This document shows positions 14,501 through 23,897 of a stretch of DNA of 64,000 bases, piece after piece. Made by a program: the position numbers and the translations under genes. Positions within the stretch are counted from its first letter, which is position 1. Each line of letters opens with the position of its first letter. The notes under the pieces are model-generated. The model was not told the origin of the DNA. It worked only from the letters and a program-made list of their open reading frames with translations, and searched no databases. This DNA comes from Dendrobates tinctorius (Eukaryota), in assembly GCF_039654945.1 (NCBI RefSeq), contig NW_027362017.1:1798001-1862000 (forward strand). Reading direction: 5' to 3'.

Positions 14501-17500
14501 TTTTCTCACCATGTTCTACAGCGCCTCCAGAGACACAAGGCCTCATGCACTGTCACCTGGTCCTCTGTTCAACTGGTTTGCTTTTCAGTATTCACAGGGC
14601 TCTTTGACAGCTCCAATGCTCACTAGATCTTACGTATGATCATGATGTCAACCTTACCTGTTTGTCCACATAGCTCCACGTCCAATCCTTCACTCAGCTA
14701 GCTCCCTCTTGTTTGCTCTTCTGTCTCCACAGGTTCTTCAAAGCTCCAGCGTTCCTTAGGTATCATATGTTGTCATAGCTTCACCCTCACCTGTTCCACC
14801 ATGAAGCTCCCTACCTTGATCTTTTCGCAGCTTGCTCCCTCTGTTTCAGCCTTCCGTCTTCACAGTGTTCTTTGGTGCTTTCTGTGTTCACTAGATCGTG
14901 GATCAATAACTAGTCAACATGGAGTGATACAGATCATAATATTGTGTGAGGCCTAGTCAATGACCAACTTCATAATGACTAGGTCTCACTTAGTGACTAG
15001 GCCTAACTCAATGACTAGGCCTCATAGGCCTCATTCGAGGACTAGGCCTCAATCAATGTCATGATATGTAGCGTTCTGAGAGATCATGATATTGCATGAA
15101 AAGTCTAGTGAACCACGCCTAAGGTCTCATTCACACATCAGTATTTTTGCATCAATTTTTCATAAGTGTTTCTATGCCAAAATCAGGAATGTCTCCAAAA
15201 CACAGAACAGATGTCAATCTTTCAATTATAGTTTTTCTCTGTAAGTTTCACTCATGGCTTTCACATGCAAACATGGATGCAAAAATATTGATGTGTGAAT
15301 GAGGCCTAAGAGTACAATTAAGACGGAAGACCAGACTACAGGGCGCTAATATTGCTGAGGACCTGGCGGGGAGCAGCTTGGCGGGACAGTCTATGGTTAG
15401 GGCAAGGTGAGAATATACATTTGAACCTCTTCCTGGTCCTAAAACAAATAGGATCAATTAAATCATAAATAAATGTGATATTCAGATCAAATTCGAGTTA
15501 CTTCACATCTGTTTGCTCATTTCTGGTCACCATCTAACCCCTGGATGACTTTTAAGGATGTTGTCTACCATGGACAATCCCTATTCATTCATTGGATCTA
15601 TAAAAAATAGCTTTGGAACAGTGTTCCCCTGCTGGGATCTTCAACGATCGGCTACAATAAGGCAATAAGTGGTCATTTTCTCTGCAGTGCCCCCACTGGT
15701 GAAATGAAGCATTACATAGTTCTCTTTGAAATCAATGTGTTGTATAGAAGACATGGAAAAGCCGTGTCCTCCAGAGTCATAGACTGTCTTTGTAACCGAT
15801 CTCTACTCTTATCTAGTTTGTGAATATGAGTTTTTGCATAGTAGGAAGCCCCTGACATGCTCTTTATCTCTCCCCAGTTTTACCTGCAGGTGCGATTCAC
15901 TTGGCGAGGCGCCCGGCTCCTGCGACCTCTCGTTCAGTTCGTCTTGATTCTTGTGGCCTTGTATACAGGATTCACTCGGATATCGGACTACAGACACCAC
16001 CCATCTGATGTAGCTGCTGGGTTCTTACAGGGGGCGCTGGTCGCTTACTGGGTGGTAAGTACACAATATTTAATTAACAGTGTGATCAATAACCATTAGT
16101 TAAATTAATGGCTGTCGAGAGTTATGGCTTTTCCAAATTTAGGAAGATCTGATTGGCCTTGTGACTGCTGCCATGCAGCCTTCCTCCTCTGACGCGGTCA
16201 GCACAATGCCCGCCTGCTGCCAACTGACCACTGGATCCAGGGCCTGTCTGCACATACAGTCGTGTATGCAATTGCAGCACATTACTCCCAGCCAGAGTCA
16301 ATTTACTCAGACCAAGGCCAAACCATAACTGGGTTGAGGGCAAAGAAGGGTTAAGAATGTTTTTCACTTCTCCAATGAGGGTACGTGCCCACGATCAGGA
16401 ATTGCTGCGGGTTTGATGCTGCTGCACCATCAAACATGCATCGGCCAGATGTTGCATCATAGTGGATGGGATTTCTAGAAATTCCATGTCTATTGTGCAT
16501 GCATGTGCACCTGCGGATCACTCGCGGACACTGAGATGCGGCGCGTCTTTTAGGACATCAGCATGTCACCATCTCTTGCAGAGACGCTAGTTCATGTAAA
16601 GGACATGCCTTCAACTGTGAACATTTGGTTTTCTTTCTATTGTGAGGCAAAAAATACATAGGACAAAAATAACTGAAAACTTTAGCGTGTATAACTATTC
16701 ACCCCCCTAAAGTCAGTACTTTGTAGAGCCTCCTTTTGCAGCAATTACAGCTCCAAGTCGCTTTGGATAAGTCTCTATGAGCTTTCCACATCTTGCCACT
16801 GAGATTTTTGCCCATTCCTCAAGGCAAAACTGTTCCAGCTCCTTCAAGTTAGATGGTTTCCTCTGGTGTGTATCAATCTTTACGTCTGACCACAGATTTT
16901 CCATTGGATTAAGGTCTGGGCTTTGACTAGGCCACGCCAAAACATTTACACATTTCCCCTTAAACCACTCAAGTGTTGCTTTAGCAGTATGCTTTGGGTC
17001 ATTGACTTGTTGGAAGGTGAACCTCCACCCTAGTCTCAAACGACTGACAGCCTGAGACAGGTTTTGCTCAAGAATATCTTTGTATTTCACACCATCCATC
17101 TTCCCCTCGACTGGGACCATTTCCCCTTTTCCTGCTTCCAATAAACATCCCCACAGCATGATGCTGCCACCACCATCTTTCACTGTAGGGATGGTAATCT
17201 TGGGGTGATGAGCTGTGTTGATTTGGTGCCAGAGATAGTGTTTACCTTGGTGGCCAAACAGTTCAATTTTGGTCTCATCTGATCATAGCACCTTCCTCCA
17301 TACATTTGGGGAGTCTCTCATATGTCTTTTGGCAAACTTAAATAGAGTCCTACATTTTTTGTGTGTAAGTAAAGGATTTTTTTCTGCCTTCCATAAAGGC
17401 CACCTCTATGGCGTGTGTGGCTTATTGTGGTCGTATGGACAGATACTCCCATCTCTGCTTGGGAACTCTGCAGCTCTTTCTGGGTTACCTTTTGGTCTCT

Positions 17501-20463
17501 GTGCTGTCTCTCTGATTAATGCTCTCCTTTCCCCGGCTGAGAGTTTTGGTGCGTGGTCCTCTCTTGGCAGGTTTGTTGTGGTACCATGTTCTTTCCATTT
17601 GTTGATGATGGATTTGATGGTGCTCCGTGCGATCATCAGAGATTGGGATATTTGTTATAACCTAACCCTGACTTAGACTTCACAACAACTTTGTCCCTGT
17701 GCACCGCAATGAAAAGGATGTGAAGTGCAGGCACTCCCGACATTTTCTGAAAGCATGGAACCCATGCAGCCTCTTACCGCCAAACACCCTCTTCTCCCAA
17801 CCCGGGGCCCGCAGCATCGCCCAACTCCTGCCGCCAGCTTCCTCTAGCACCACCTCTGCCTCCTGGGACACTGCTCCATCGCAGTAATGCCCCCTGGTCA
17901 GCTACATTTGGATTATAAGATGCACCCCATTCCCCCCCCAAAAAAAAAAAAATTTGGGGAAAAAAAACTGACTTATAATAAGAAAAATACGCCAATTGCT
18001 CACACCAGAAGTTTTTAAGGGCTTCATAGCAAAAGGGGTGAATACATATGCACATGGCAATTTTTTGTTATTTGAGTCCATACTGTAAATGTATTTTATG
18101 ATTATATTTTTCTCACTTCACCGACTGCTGATGCATCACATGCAAATGGAATGACAAAAATATTTAAGCACGGATTGTAATGTAACAAACTAGGTAAAAA
18201 GCCAACGGGGGTGAACCTGTAGCTTCGGTCAGACATAAGCACAGTTATACACACATATATATATACAGTGGGGAAAAAAAGTATTTAGTCAGTCAGCAAT
18301 AGTGCAAGTTCCACCACTTAAAAAGATGAGAGGCGTCTGTAATTTACATCATAGGTAGACCTCAACTATGGGAGACAAACTGAGAAAAAAAAATCCAGAA
18401 AATCACATTGTCTGTTTTTTTTTCATTTTATTTGCATATTATGGTGGAAAATAAGTATTTGGTCAGAAACAAAATTTCATCTCAATACTTTGTGATATAT
18501 CCTTTGTTGGCAATGACAGAGGTCAAACGTTTTCTGTAAGTCTTCACAAGGTTGCCACACACTGTTGTTGGTATGTTGGCCCATTCCTCCATGCAGATCT
18601 CCTCTAGAGCAGTGATGTTTTTGGCTTTTCGCTTGGCAACACAGACTTTCAACTCCCTCCAAAGGTTTTCTATAGGGTTGAGATCTGGAGACTGGCTAGG
18701 CCACTCCAGGACCTTGAAATGCTTCTTACGAAGCCACTCCTTCGTTGCCCTGGCGGTGTGCTTTGGATCATTGTCATGTTGAAAGACCCAGCCACGTTTC
18801 ATCTTCAATGCCCTTGCTGATGGAAGGAGGTTTGCACTCAAAATCTCACGATACATGGCCCCATTCATTCTTTCATGTACTCGGATCAGTCGTCCTGGCC
18901 CCTTTGCAGAGAAACAGCCCCAAAGCATGATGTTTCCACCACCATGCTTTACAGTAGGTATGGTGTTTGATGGATGCAACTCAGTATTCTTTTTCCTCCA
19001 AACACAACAAGTTGTGTTTCTACCAAACAGTTCCAGTTTGGTTTCATCAGACCATAGGACATTCTCCCAAAACTCCTCTGGATCATCCAAATGCTCTCTA
19101 GCAAACTTCAGACGGGCCCGGACATGTACAGGCTTAAGCAGTGGGACACGTCTGGCACTGCAGGATCTGAGTCCATGGTGGCATAGTGTGTTACTTATGG
19201 TAGGCCTTGTTACATTGGTCCCAGCTCTCTGCAGTTCATTCACTAGGTCCCCCCGCGTGGTTCTGGGATTTTTGCTCACCGTTCTTGTGATCATTCTGAC
19301 CCCACGGGGTGGGATTTTGCGTGGAGCACCAGATCGAGGGAGATTATCAGTGGTCTTGTATGTCTTCCATTTTCTAATTATTGCTCCCACAGTTGATTTC
19401 TTCACTCCAAGCTGGTTGGCTATTGCAGATTCAGTCTTCCCAGCCTGGTGCAGGGCTACAATTTTGTTTCTGGTGTCCTTTGACAGCTCTTTGGTCTTCA
19501 CCATAGTGGAGTTTGGAGTCAGACTGTTTGAGGGTGTGCACAGGTGTCTTTTTATACTGATAACAAGTTTAAACAGGTGCCATTACTACAGGTAATGAGT
19601 GGAGGAAAGAGGAGACTCTTAAAGAAGAAGTTACAGGTCTGTGAGAGCCAGAAATCTTGATTGCTTGTTTCTGACCAAATACTTATTTTCCACCATAATA
19701 TGCAAATAAAATGAAAAAAAAACAGACAATGTGATTTTCTGGATTTTTTTTTCTCAGTTTGTCTCCCATAGTTGAGGTCTACCTATGATGTAAATTACAG
19801 ACGCCTCTCATCTTTTTAAGTGGTGGAACTTGCACTATTGCTGACTGACTAAATACTTTTTTTCCCCACTGTATATATATATATATATATATATACATAA
19901 ATATACATACACACTGTCCTCCGCCTGACCCTTTGTGCGGAGTATTTTTGGGACAGTGGGAATGGGAAGTCTTGTATAAATGAAGAATAGGTGATATCCC
20001 TGTGCTGCGGCCGCTGTGAGTAGGGGGAGGGGAGCGGAGAGGGCAGGAAACATCTGTTTATCCTGCTTCACTTTACACAAAGGACAGTCACAGACCGGCC
20101 CTGGCCACCGCTCCTGCCCCACAAGCAGATTATACAGGGCAGTATATACATATCATTTTCTTAGTATTTTGTGATGCCTAATGAAAGAAGCCCTCCATAA
20201 TGAAATGTAGACATTATTGTGTCTGGTGCCCAGTTGGAGGAGCATGACACATTGACACCAAACATAAGAGTCCTGCTCCGCCCCTTCAGGTTGTACTCTT
20301 ATAATCTGCTCCTTTAATCTGTGGTGTAATAATGTAATAACTTTCTGACATTTTCTATGTCTTTCAGGCCTTCTACATTTCCGACTTATTTAGAACGAAA
20401 AGCATACAGCCGGTGTCCATCCCTCTAAGACCCGAGAGCCCCGAGACGTTCACCAACTGCTAG
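5408..20463 (+). CDS. ppap2d: Phospholipid phosphatase 3-like (PAP2/LPP family; probable ppap2d paralogue), 6 coding exons, 924 nt, 307 aa
   Basis: join(5408-5567,7369-7526,9185-9459,11941-11998,15878-16054,20368-20463). All introns are GT-AG and phases 1/0/2/0/0 are consistent. Motifs: C1 KLSTGRLRP (Kx6RP), C2 SGH, C3 [12 protein letters not shown]. Exon sizes 158/58/177 match PLPP3-type structure as I recall it. The symbol is less certain than the family. Confidence 0.9.
5630..6125. repeat. Degenerate AT-rich tandem repeat (TATTTCTTGCATTTTTT...TTTTAAACT)
   Basis: Recurrent motif of about 35 bp in intron 1. Confidence 0.55.
7369..7526 (+). CDS. ppap2d: PLPP3-like exon 2 ([29 protein letters not shown]...LITVVT)
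   Basis: TTTTTACAG acceptor, GTACGT donor, 158 nt; RGFFCDD motif typical of LPPs. Confidence 0.95.
7650..8860. repeat. About 28-bp minisatellite (CCATGAAGTCCTCACTATAGTCCTCACA) in intron 2
   Basis: Tandem unit with an internal AGTCCTCAC sub-repeat. Confidence 0.9.
9185..9459 (+). CDS. ppap2d: PLPP3-like exon 3 (contains C1 motif KLSTGRLRP and the extracellular loop with NCT/NLS sequons)
   Basis: Pyrimidine tract + GCAG acceptor; AG|GTGAGA donor; 275 nt. Confidence 0.96.
11331..11840. repeat. (TCTA)n/GATA-type microsatellite flanked by two assembly gaps (N 11331-11559 and 11687-11822)
   Basis: Directly visible. Confidence 0.95.
11941..11998 (+). CDS. ppap2d: PLPP3-like exon 4 ([20 protein letters not shown]; C2 motif)
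   Basis: TTTCAG acceptor, GTGAGT donor, 58 nt. Confidence 0.96.
12940..14890. repeat. Degenerate tandem repeat of about 95-130 bp (core CCTCTGCACAGCTAGCTCyCTCTGGTCCAGTCTTCTGTCTTCACAGTGTTCT) in intron 4
   Basis: Core recurs about 15 times, e.g. at about 13098, 13192, 13319, 13412, 13511. Confidence 0.85.
15123..15306. mobile_element. PIF/Harbinger-type palindromic MITE
   Basis: TIRs GGTCTCATTCACACATCA...TGATGTGTGAATGAGGCC; TAA target duplication at 15120-15122 and 15307-15309. Confidence 0.8.
15878..16054 (+). CDS. ppap2d: PLPP3-like exon 5 ([17 protein letters not shown]...[12 protein letters not shown]...AYWV; C3 motif)
   Basis: CTCTCCCCAG acceptor, GTAAGT donor, 177 nt. Confidence 0.97.
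16682..18220 (-). mobile_element. Decayed Tc1 transposon, Passport-like
   Basis: Frameshifted transposase pieces: 17406-17636 ([22 protein letters not shown]) and 16713-17183 ([10 protein letters not shown]...FQQVNDPKH...[11 protein letters not shown]...GGSTKY*, second catalytic D appears changed to V). TTCACCCC / GGGGTGAA terminal motifs. Confidence 0.85.
17700..17990. mobile_element. Fragment of a TcMar-Tc2-like MITE replacing the 5' part of the Passport-like transposase
   Basis: GGATTATAAGATGCACCCC...CTTATAATAAGAAAAATACG terminal structure; family assignment from recall. Confidence 0.5.
18266..19871 (-). mobile_element. Full-length Tc1 IR/DR transposon (ZB/Tzf-like), 1606 bp
   Basis: 207-bp TIRs 18266-18472 and 19665-19871 that look identical by eye, starting CAGTGGGG. 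Inner and outer direct repeats AAAAwAAGTATTTrGTCAG. TA duplication within a (TA)n tract. Confidence 0.97.
18482..19504 (-). CDS. Tc1 DD34E transposase, 340 aa, uninterrupted
   Basis: Paired-like HTH N-terminus, SGAPRK linker, [15 protein letters not shown], and exactly 34 residues between the second D and the E of PDLNPIE. Confidence 0.95.
   Translation of the reverse strand: MVKTKELSKDTRNKIVALHQAGKTESAIANQLGVKKSTVGAIIRKWKTYKTTDNLPRSGAPRKIPPRGVRMITRTVSKNPRTTRGDLVNELQRAGTNVTRPTISNTLCHHGLRSCSARRVPLLKPVHVRARLKFAREHLDDPEEFWENVLWSDETKLELFGRNTTCCVWRKKNTELHPSNTIPTVKHGGGNIMLWGCFSAKGPGRLIRVHERMNGAMYREILSANLLPSARALKMKRGWVFQHDNDPKHTARATKEWLRKKHFKVLEWPSQSPDLNPIENLWRELKVCVAKRKAKNITALEEICMEEWANIPTTVCGNLVKTYRKRLTSVIANKGYITKY
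20368..20463 (+). CDS. ppap2d: PLPP3-like exon 6 ([31 protein letters not shown])
   Basis: TTTCAG acceptor, phase 0; FYISDLF follows TM6 as in LPPs; TAG at 20461-20463. Confidence 0.9.
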   Translation, partial: AFYISDLFRTKSIQPVSIPLRPESPETFTNC

Positions 20464-21069
20464 GTGTCAAGATCATTGCCAGATACATTGAGACCATGCA
20501 CATGACAGGGAGACGTCCCCGTGGGATGTGTAAAGGAGAAAGCTCCAGAGGACTGGACTGTGCCCGCAATCCTATAAAACTGCGGGATCTGTGGAGCGAA
20601 ATGTCTGGAGTGTCAGTAGGAAGGTGACCAAGAAACTCCAGATGTCTGGAGAAAGGTGGAAATAGGATCATAACATATTCTGGATTATACTGGATTATAA
20701 CATATTCTAGATTCATGGAATGACGTACAATTCTAGAAAACAACCATGCTACCTACTTCTAAACCAAAGACTGTTTCGCCTATATATTGGGATGACATTT
20801 TTTAAATACACATTGATTCTACATTAGAATCTGTTTTTTTGCACTTAAATGCTGGACTATTGGACGTATCGAATTATCAGTGAATTTGCTATGAAAACTA
20901 TGAAAAATCAACTTCTCTTACTATAGAATTCTATTTCCCTGTTACCAGTAGGGCTGGCGACAAGTAGGATTGATGGTCTAAAACACCACTAAACTATGGT
21001 GAAATTCTTATAGGAGTCATTTCATAGGTTGGCTTTAGGTATGATGAGTAAAAAATTTTTATGAGCTAA

Positions 21070-22580
21070 TAAAAAGTCAGGAGCCAGTGCCCCAAAGTTA
21101 TGGGAGAAATACTGCTACAAGATGCCGCCCTTTACAAAATATTTTATCGGTTTGACATGTTAGCTCAAATTTTTACATAATTACTACTAAAGATCAGTAG
21201 CTAGTGCCTTTTGTTTTGGGAAAGATATCAGTAAAAATAAATGTGACACGTCATCCTAAAAAAAATAAAAACAAATGTGTGTATATAAATATATATACAC
21301 ACACACAGTATATATATTACATTGGTCTCTTACACACAGTGCTCAAAAAGATCAGTAGTTAGTGCCCCATGTCATGACAAAATCTTCCATAAAGGAAATT
21401 TGGTCTCTCAGGACAGAGGAATATTATTGGAACTTTTGTGTTAAGTTAAAGCCATCTTTCAATTCTTACCTAATACTTTACAAAAAAAAATTTTAGATCA
21501 AAAGATCAGAAGCAAGTGACTTGTGTCATAGGAAAGATCTTCCCGTAAAGAGTAGATGGTTTTCTGTAGCTAACCTTTTAAGAAAACAGATAGTGTACGA
21601 AGCTATAGATCCTTTATAGAAATGATGTAGTATAGTAATCTTTTGCTTATTGTGCACCAAATGATCAGAAGCTAGTGCCTGTGCCACAAAGGGACTTGTA
21701 AAAAAGGAAATTGATGTGCAATTATGGAACTAAACCGAAGACACTTTATAGATGTGACACAATATTTTGTCTTTTCCATATTGGGCTTCAAAAGATCAGC
21801 AGCTATTATGAGACTATCTTCCGGAAAGTCACAATTTTATTATAAGTTATGCAATAAACTAGAGATAATTTCCAAGTAGAATATAATGCCCAACATAATG
21901 TGCCACAGAATGTTCAGTATCAAAAGATCTGGAGCGAGTGGCTCGTGTTGTGGAAGAGAATTCTGCTTAAATAGAAATTAATTTTGCAGGGCTGAGCTTT
22001 TGTAATGAATGTGGTGTACTGAAGATGTAATACCTTACATTTTATGTTCCAAAACATCCAAAGTCAAAAGAGCAGGAGCAAGTGACTTGTGTAATGGAAG
22101 AGATTATCACATAAAGAAAAGTTAGTCTTGTAGAGAAGATCGTTTGGAATAGAATGTATTGTACATTGTAGACGAAGCTGAAGATGTATTATCTTACATA
22201 TTGTGTTCCATAACATCCGAAGCCAAAAGGTGAGGAGCAAGTGACTCGTGTAATGGAAGAGATTTTCACATAAAGAGAAGCTAAACATGCAAGGCAAAAC
22301 GTTTTTGAAAGATTTGTATTGTATATTGCAGGCTACATTAAAGAAGAAATATCGTACATATTATGTTCCAAAACCTCCAAAGCCAAAAGATCAGGAGCAA
22401 GTTACTTGTGTAAAGGAAGACATTTTCCTATAAAGAGACATTAGTCTTGCAGGTCAAAGCCTTTTTGAAAAAATGAATTGCACATTGTATGCTAAGCTGG
22501 AAACGTAATACCTTACATATTGTGTTCCAACATCCAAAGTCAAAAGATCAGTAGCAAGTGACTCGTCTCATGAAATGGAC
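21070..22580. repeat. Tandem repeat of about 120-160 bp (core AAAAGATCAGGAGCAAGTGACTTGTG), about 11 copies
   Basis: Core at about 21070, 21190, 21346, 21500, 21660, 21790, 21922, 22066, 22225, 22385, 22542. Confidence 0.8.
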
Positions 22581-23070
22581 TACATAAGAAAAGTCAATGA
22601 CCACTAGCAGAATTATTCAAAAATTCAAGCTACTGAATGAGAGAACTAAGTGAAAAACATATAATTGGTGTCTACAACCCAACCCTTGAATGCCGCTATG
22701 TTACGACCTGTTATGAACTTTTCTTCAACCGCTGGACGATTGGGATCATTGAGAAACACTTGATTACATTTATATATAGAGAGATTTTCTGTTCCTGTAT
22801 TAAAGTATGTATATTAATCATTGCTGCCATGACTCAGCCTTGTGTAAATGCCCGGAGGGGATGTAAATGCATGGGATGGTGGGAGGGGGTCATGTGTGGG
22901 GCCTCCATATTTGCCTGTGTCTCATTCTGTATGTGCATAGCTTCCCACTCACATCAGCGCAGAACAGGTGTGAACATGCAGGAAGGTAGCCGAGGACTTT
23001 ACTGTGAATTTGGCTTTCACGCTTCAGTTGCTTTTGAAGTTTTTACGTTTTGAGACTTTCACCTTTTTGC

Positions 23071-23835
23071 TGTCATGATCTCAGTGCGGGTTTGACTTGC
23101 ATACGTGGGGTTAATGTTTGGAACCAGTGCTGATGACTGGCATTTCTGGGGTTAAAGGTTCTGATCCCAGTGCAGGCTTACCTGCACACCTGGGGCTATG
23201 ATTGTGGCCTCTCCCTGGTTCTGGGAAGGCTTCTTATAGCCTCAGGACGCTCCCATCCCCGTCAGTTATACTCTTGCCCTTGGCATTGTGTGGTGACCCC
23301 TGAGTGTGTTAGTGCTGTGTTCTGGTTACTTGATTCTCTGTGTATGACTCGGTCTGTTCTCTGGATATCGCTTTGGATTCTGCCTGGTACCTTCTATGTC
23401 TGTTTGGTTTTGATCTCTGCTTGGCCCTGATTACCCGCTCTGTCTCCTCCCTGGTACTGTACTGTGATCCTGTGTATGACCTTTGGCTTTGTCTGACCTC
23501 CCGTCTGTTTGTCCCTCCTGTACTCCGTTTGCCCGTACTGTTGTGACCTCCGTTTTGCCTGACTCTGAGTTGTACTGTCATATCTGAAAGCAGGACGCTA
23601 AGCCACGCCCCCTTGCAGTCACATGACCATAGGCCCTGTGCAAGCTTGTTCATTGTCAGTGTCCGCAGGTCCCGTGCCTCCTTACTTTCCAGCGCTGACT
23701 GGACCCTGACACTAATAGTTGAAGCACGCCTGGTCACCTCTGCTGCCCTGCTCCCCAGGTAACTCTTAGCACTGCTTCTGTACTCAGGACACGCGCACTG
23801 GCTCTATGAGCAAGTGTAGTGCGGTGTCTCTGACA
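23071..23835 (+). repeat. 5' LTR
   Basis: Direct repeat of 27670-28435. Confidence 0.95.
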
Positions 23836-23836
23836 T

Positions 23837-23846
23837 TATAACTGAC
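23837..23846 (+). promoter_or_regulatory. Non-tRNA primer-binding site TATAACTGAC (self-priming type)
   Basis: Lacks TGG; exact reverse complement of LTR 23261-23270. Confidence 0.7.
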
Positions 23847-23897
23847 CATTTCAGTTTTGTTTTTTTTTCTGAAGAAAAAAAAAAGTGTGTTATCCTC

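Noticed and set aside
18855-19595. 246-aa plus-strand ORF
   Set aside because: Antisense shadow of the Tc1 transposase.
23170-23737. ORFs inside LTRs (also 27760-28409, 31946-32646, 44801-45475, 52079-52989)
   Set aside because: Low-complexity or GC-rich LTR sequence with no domain motifs; no env-like signal.
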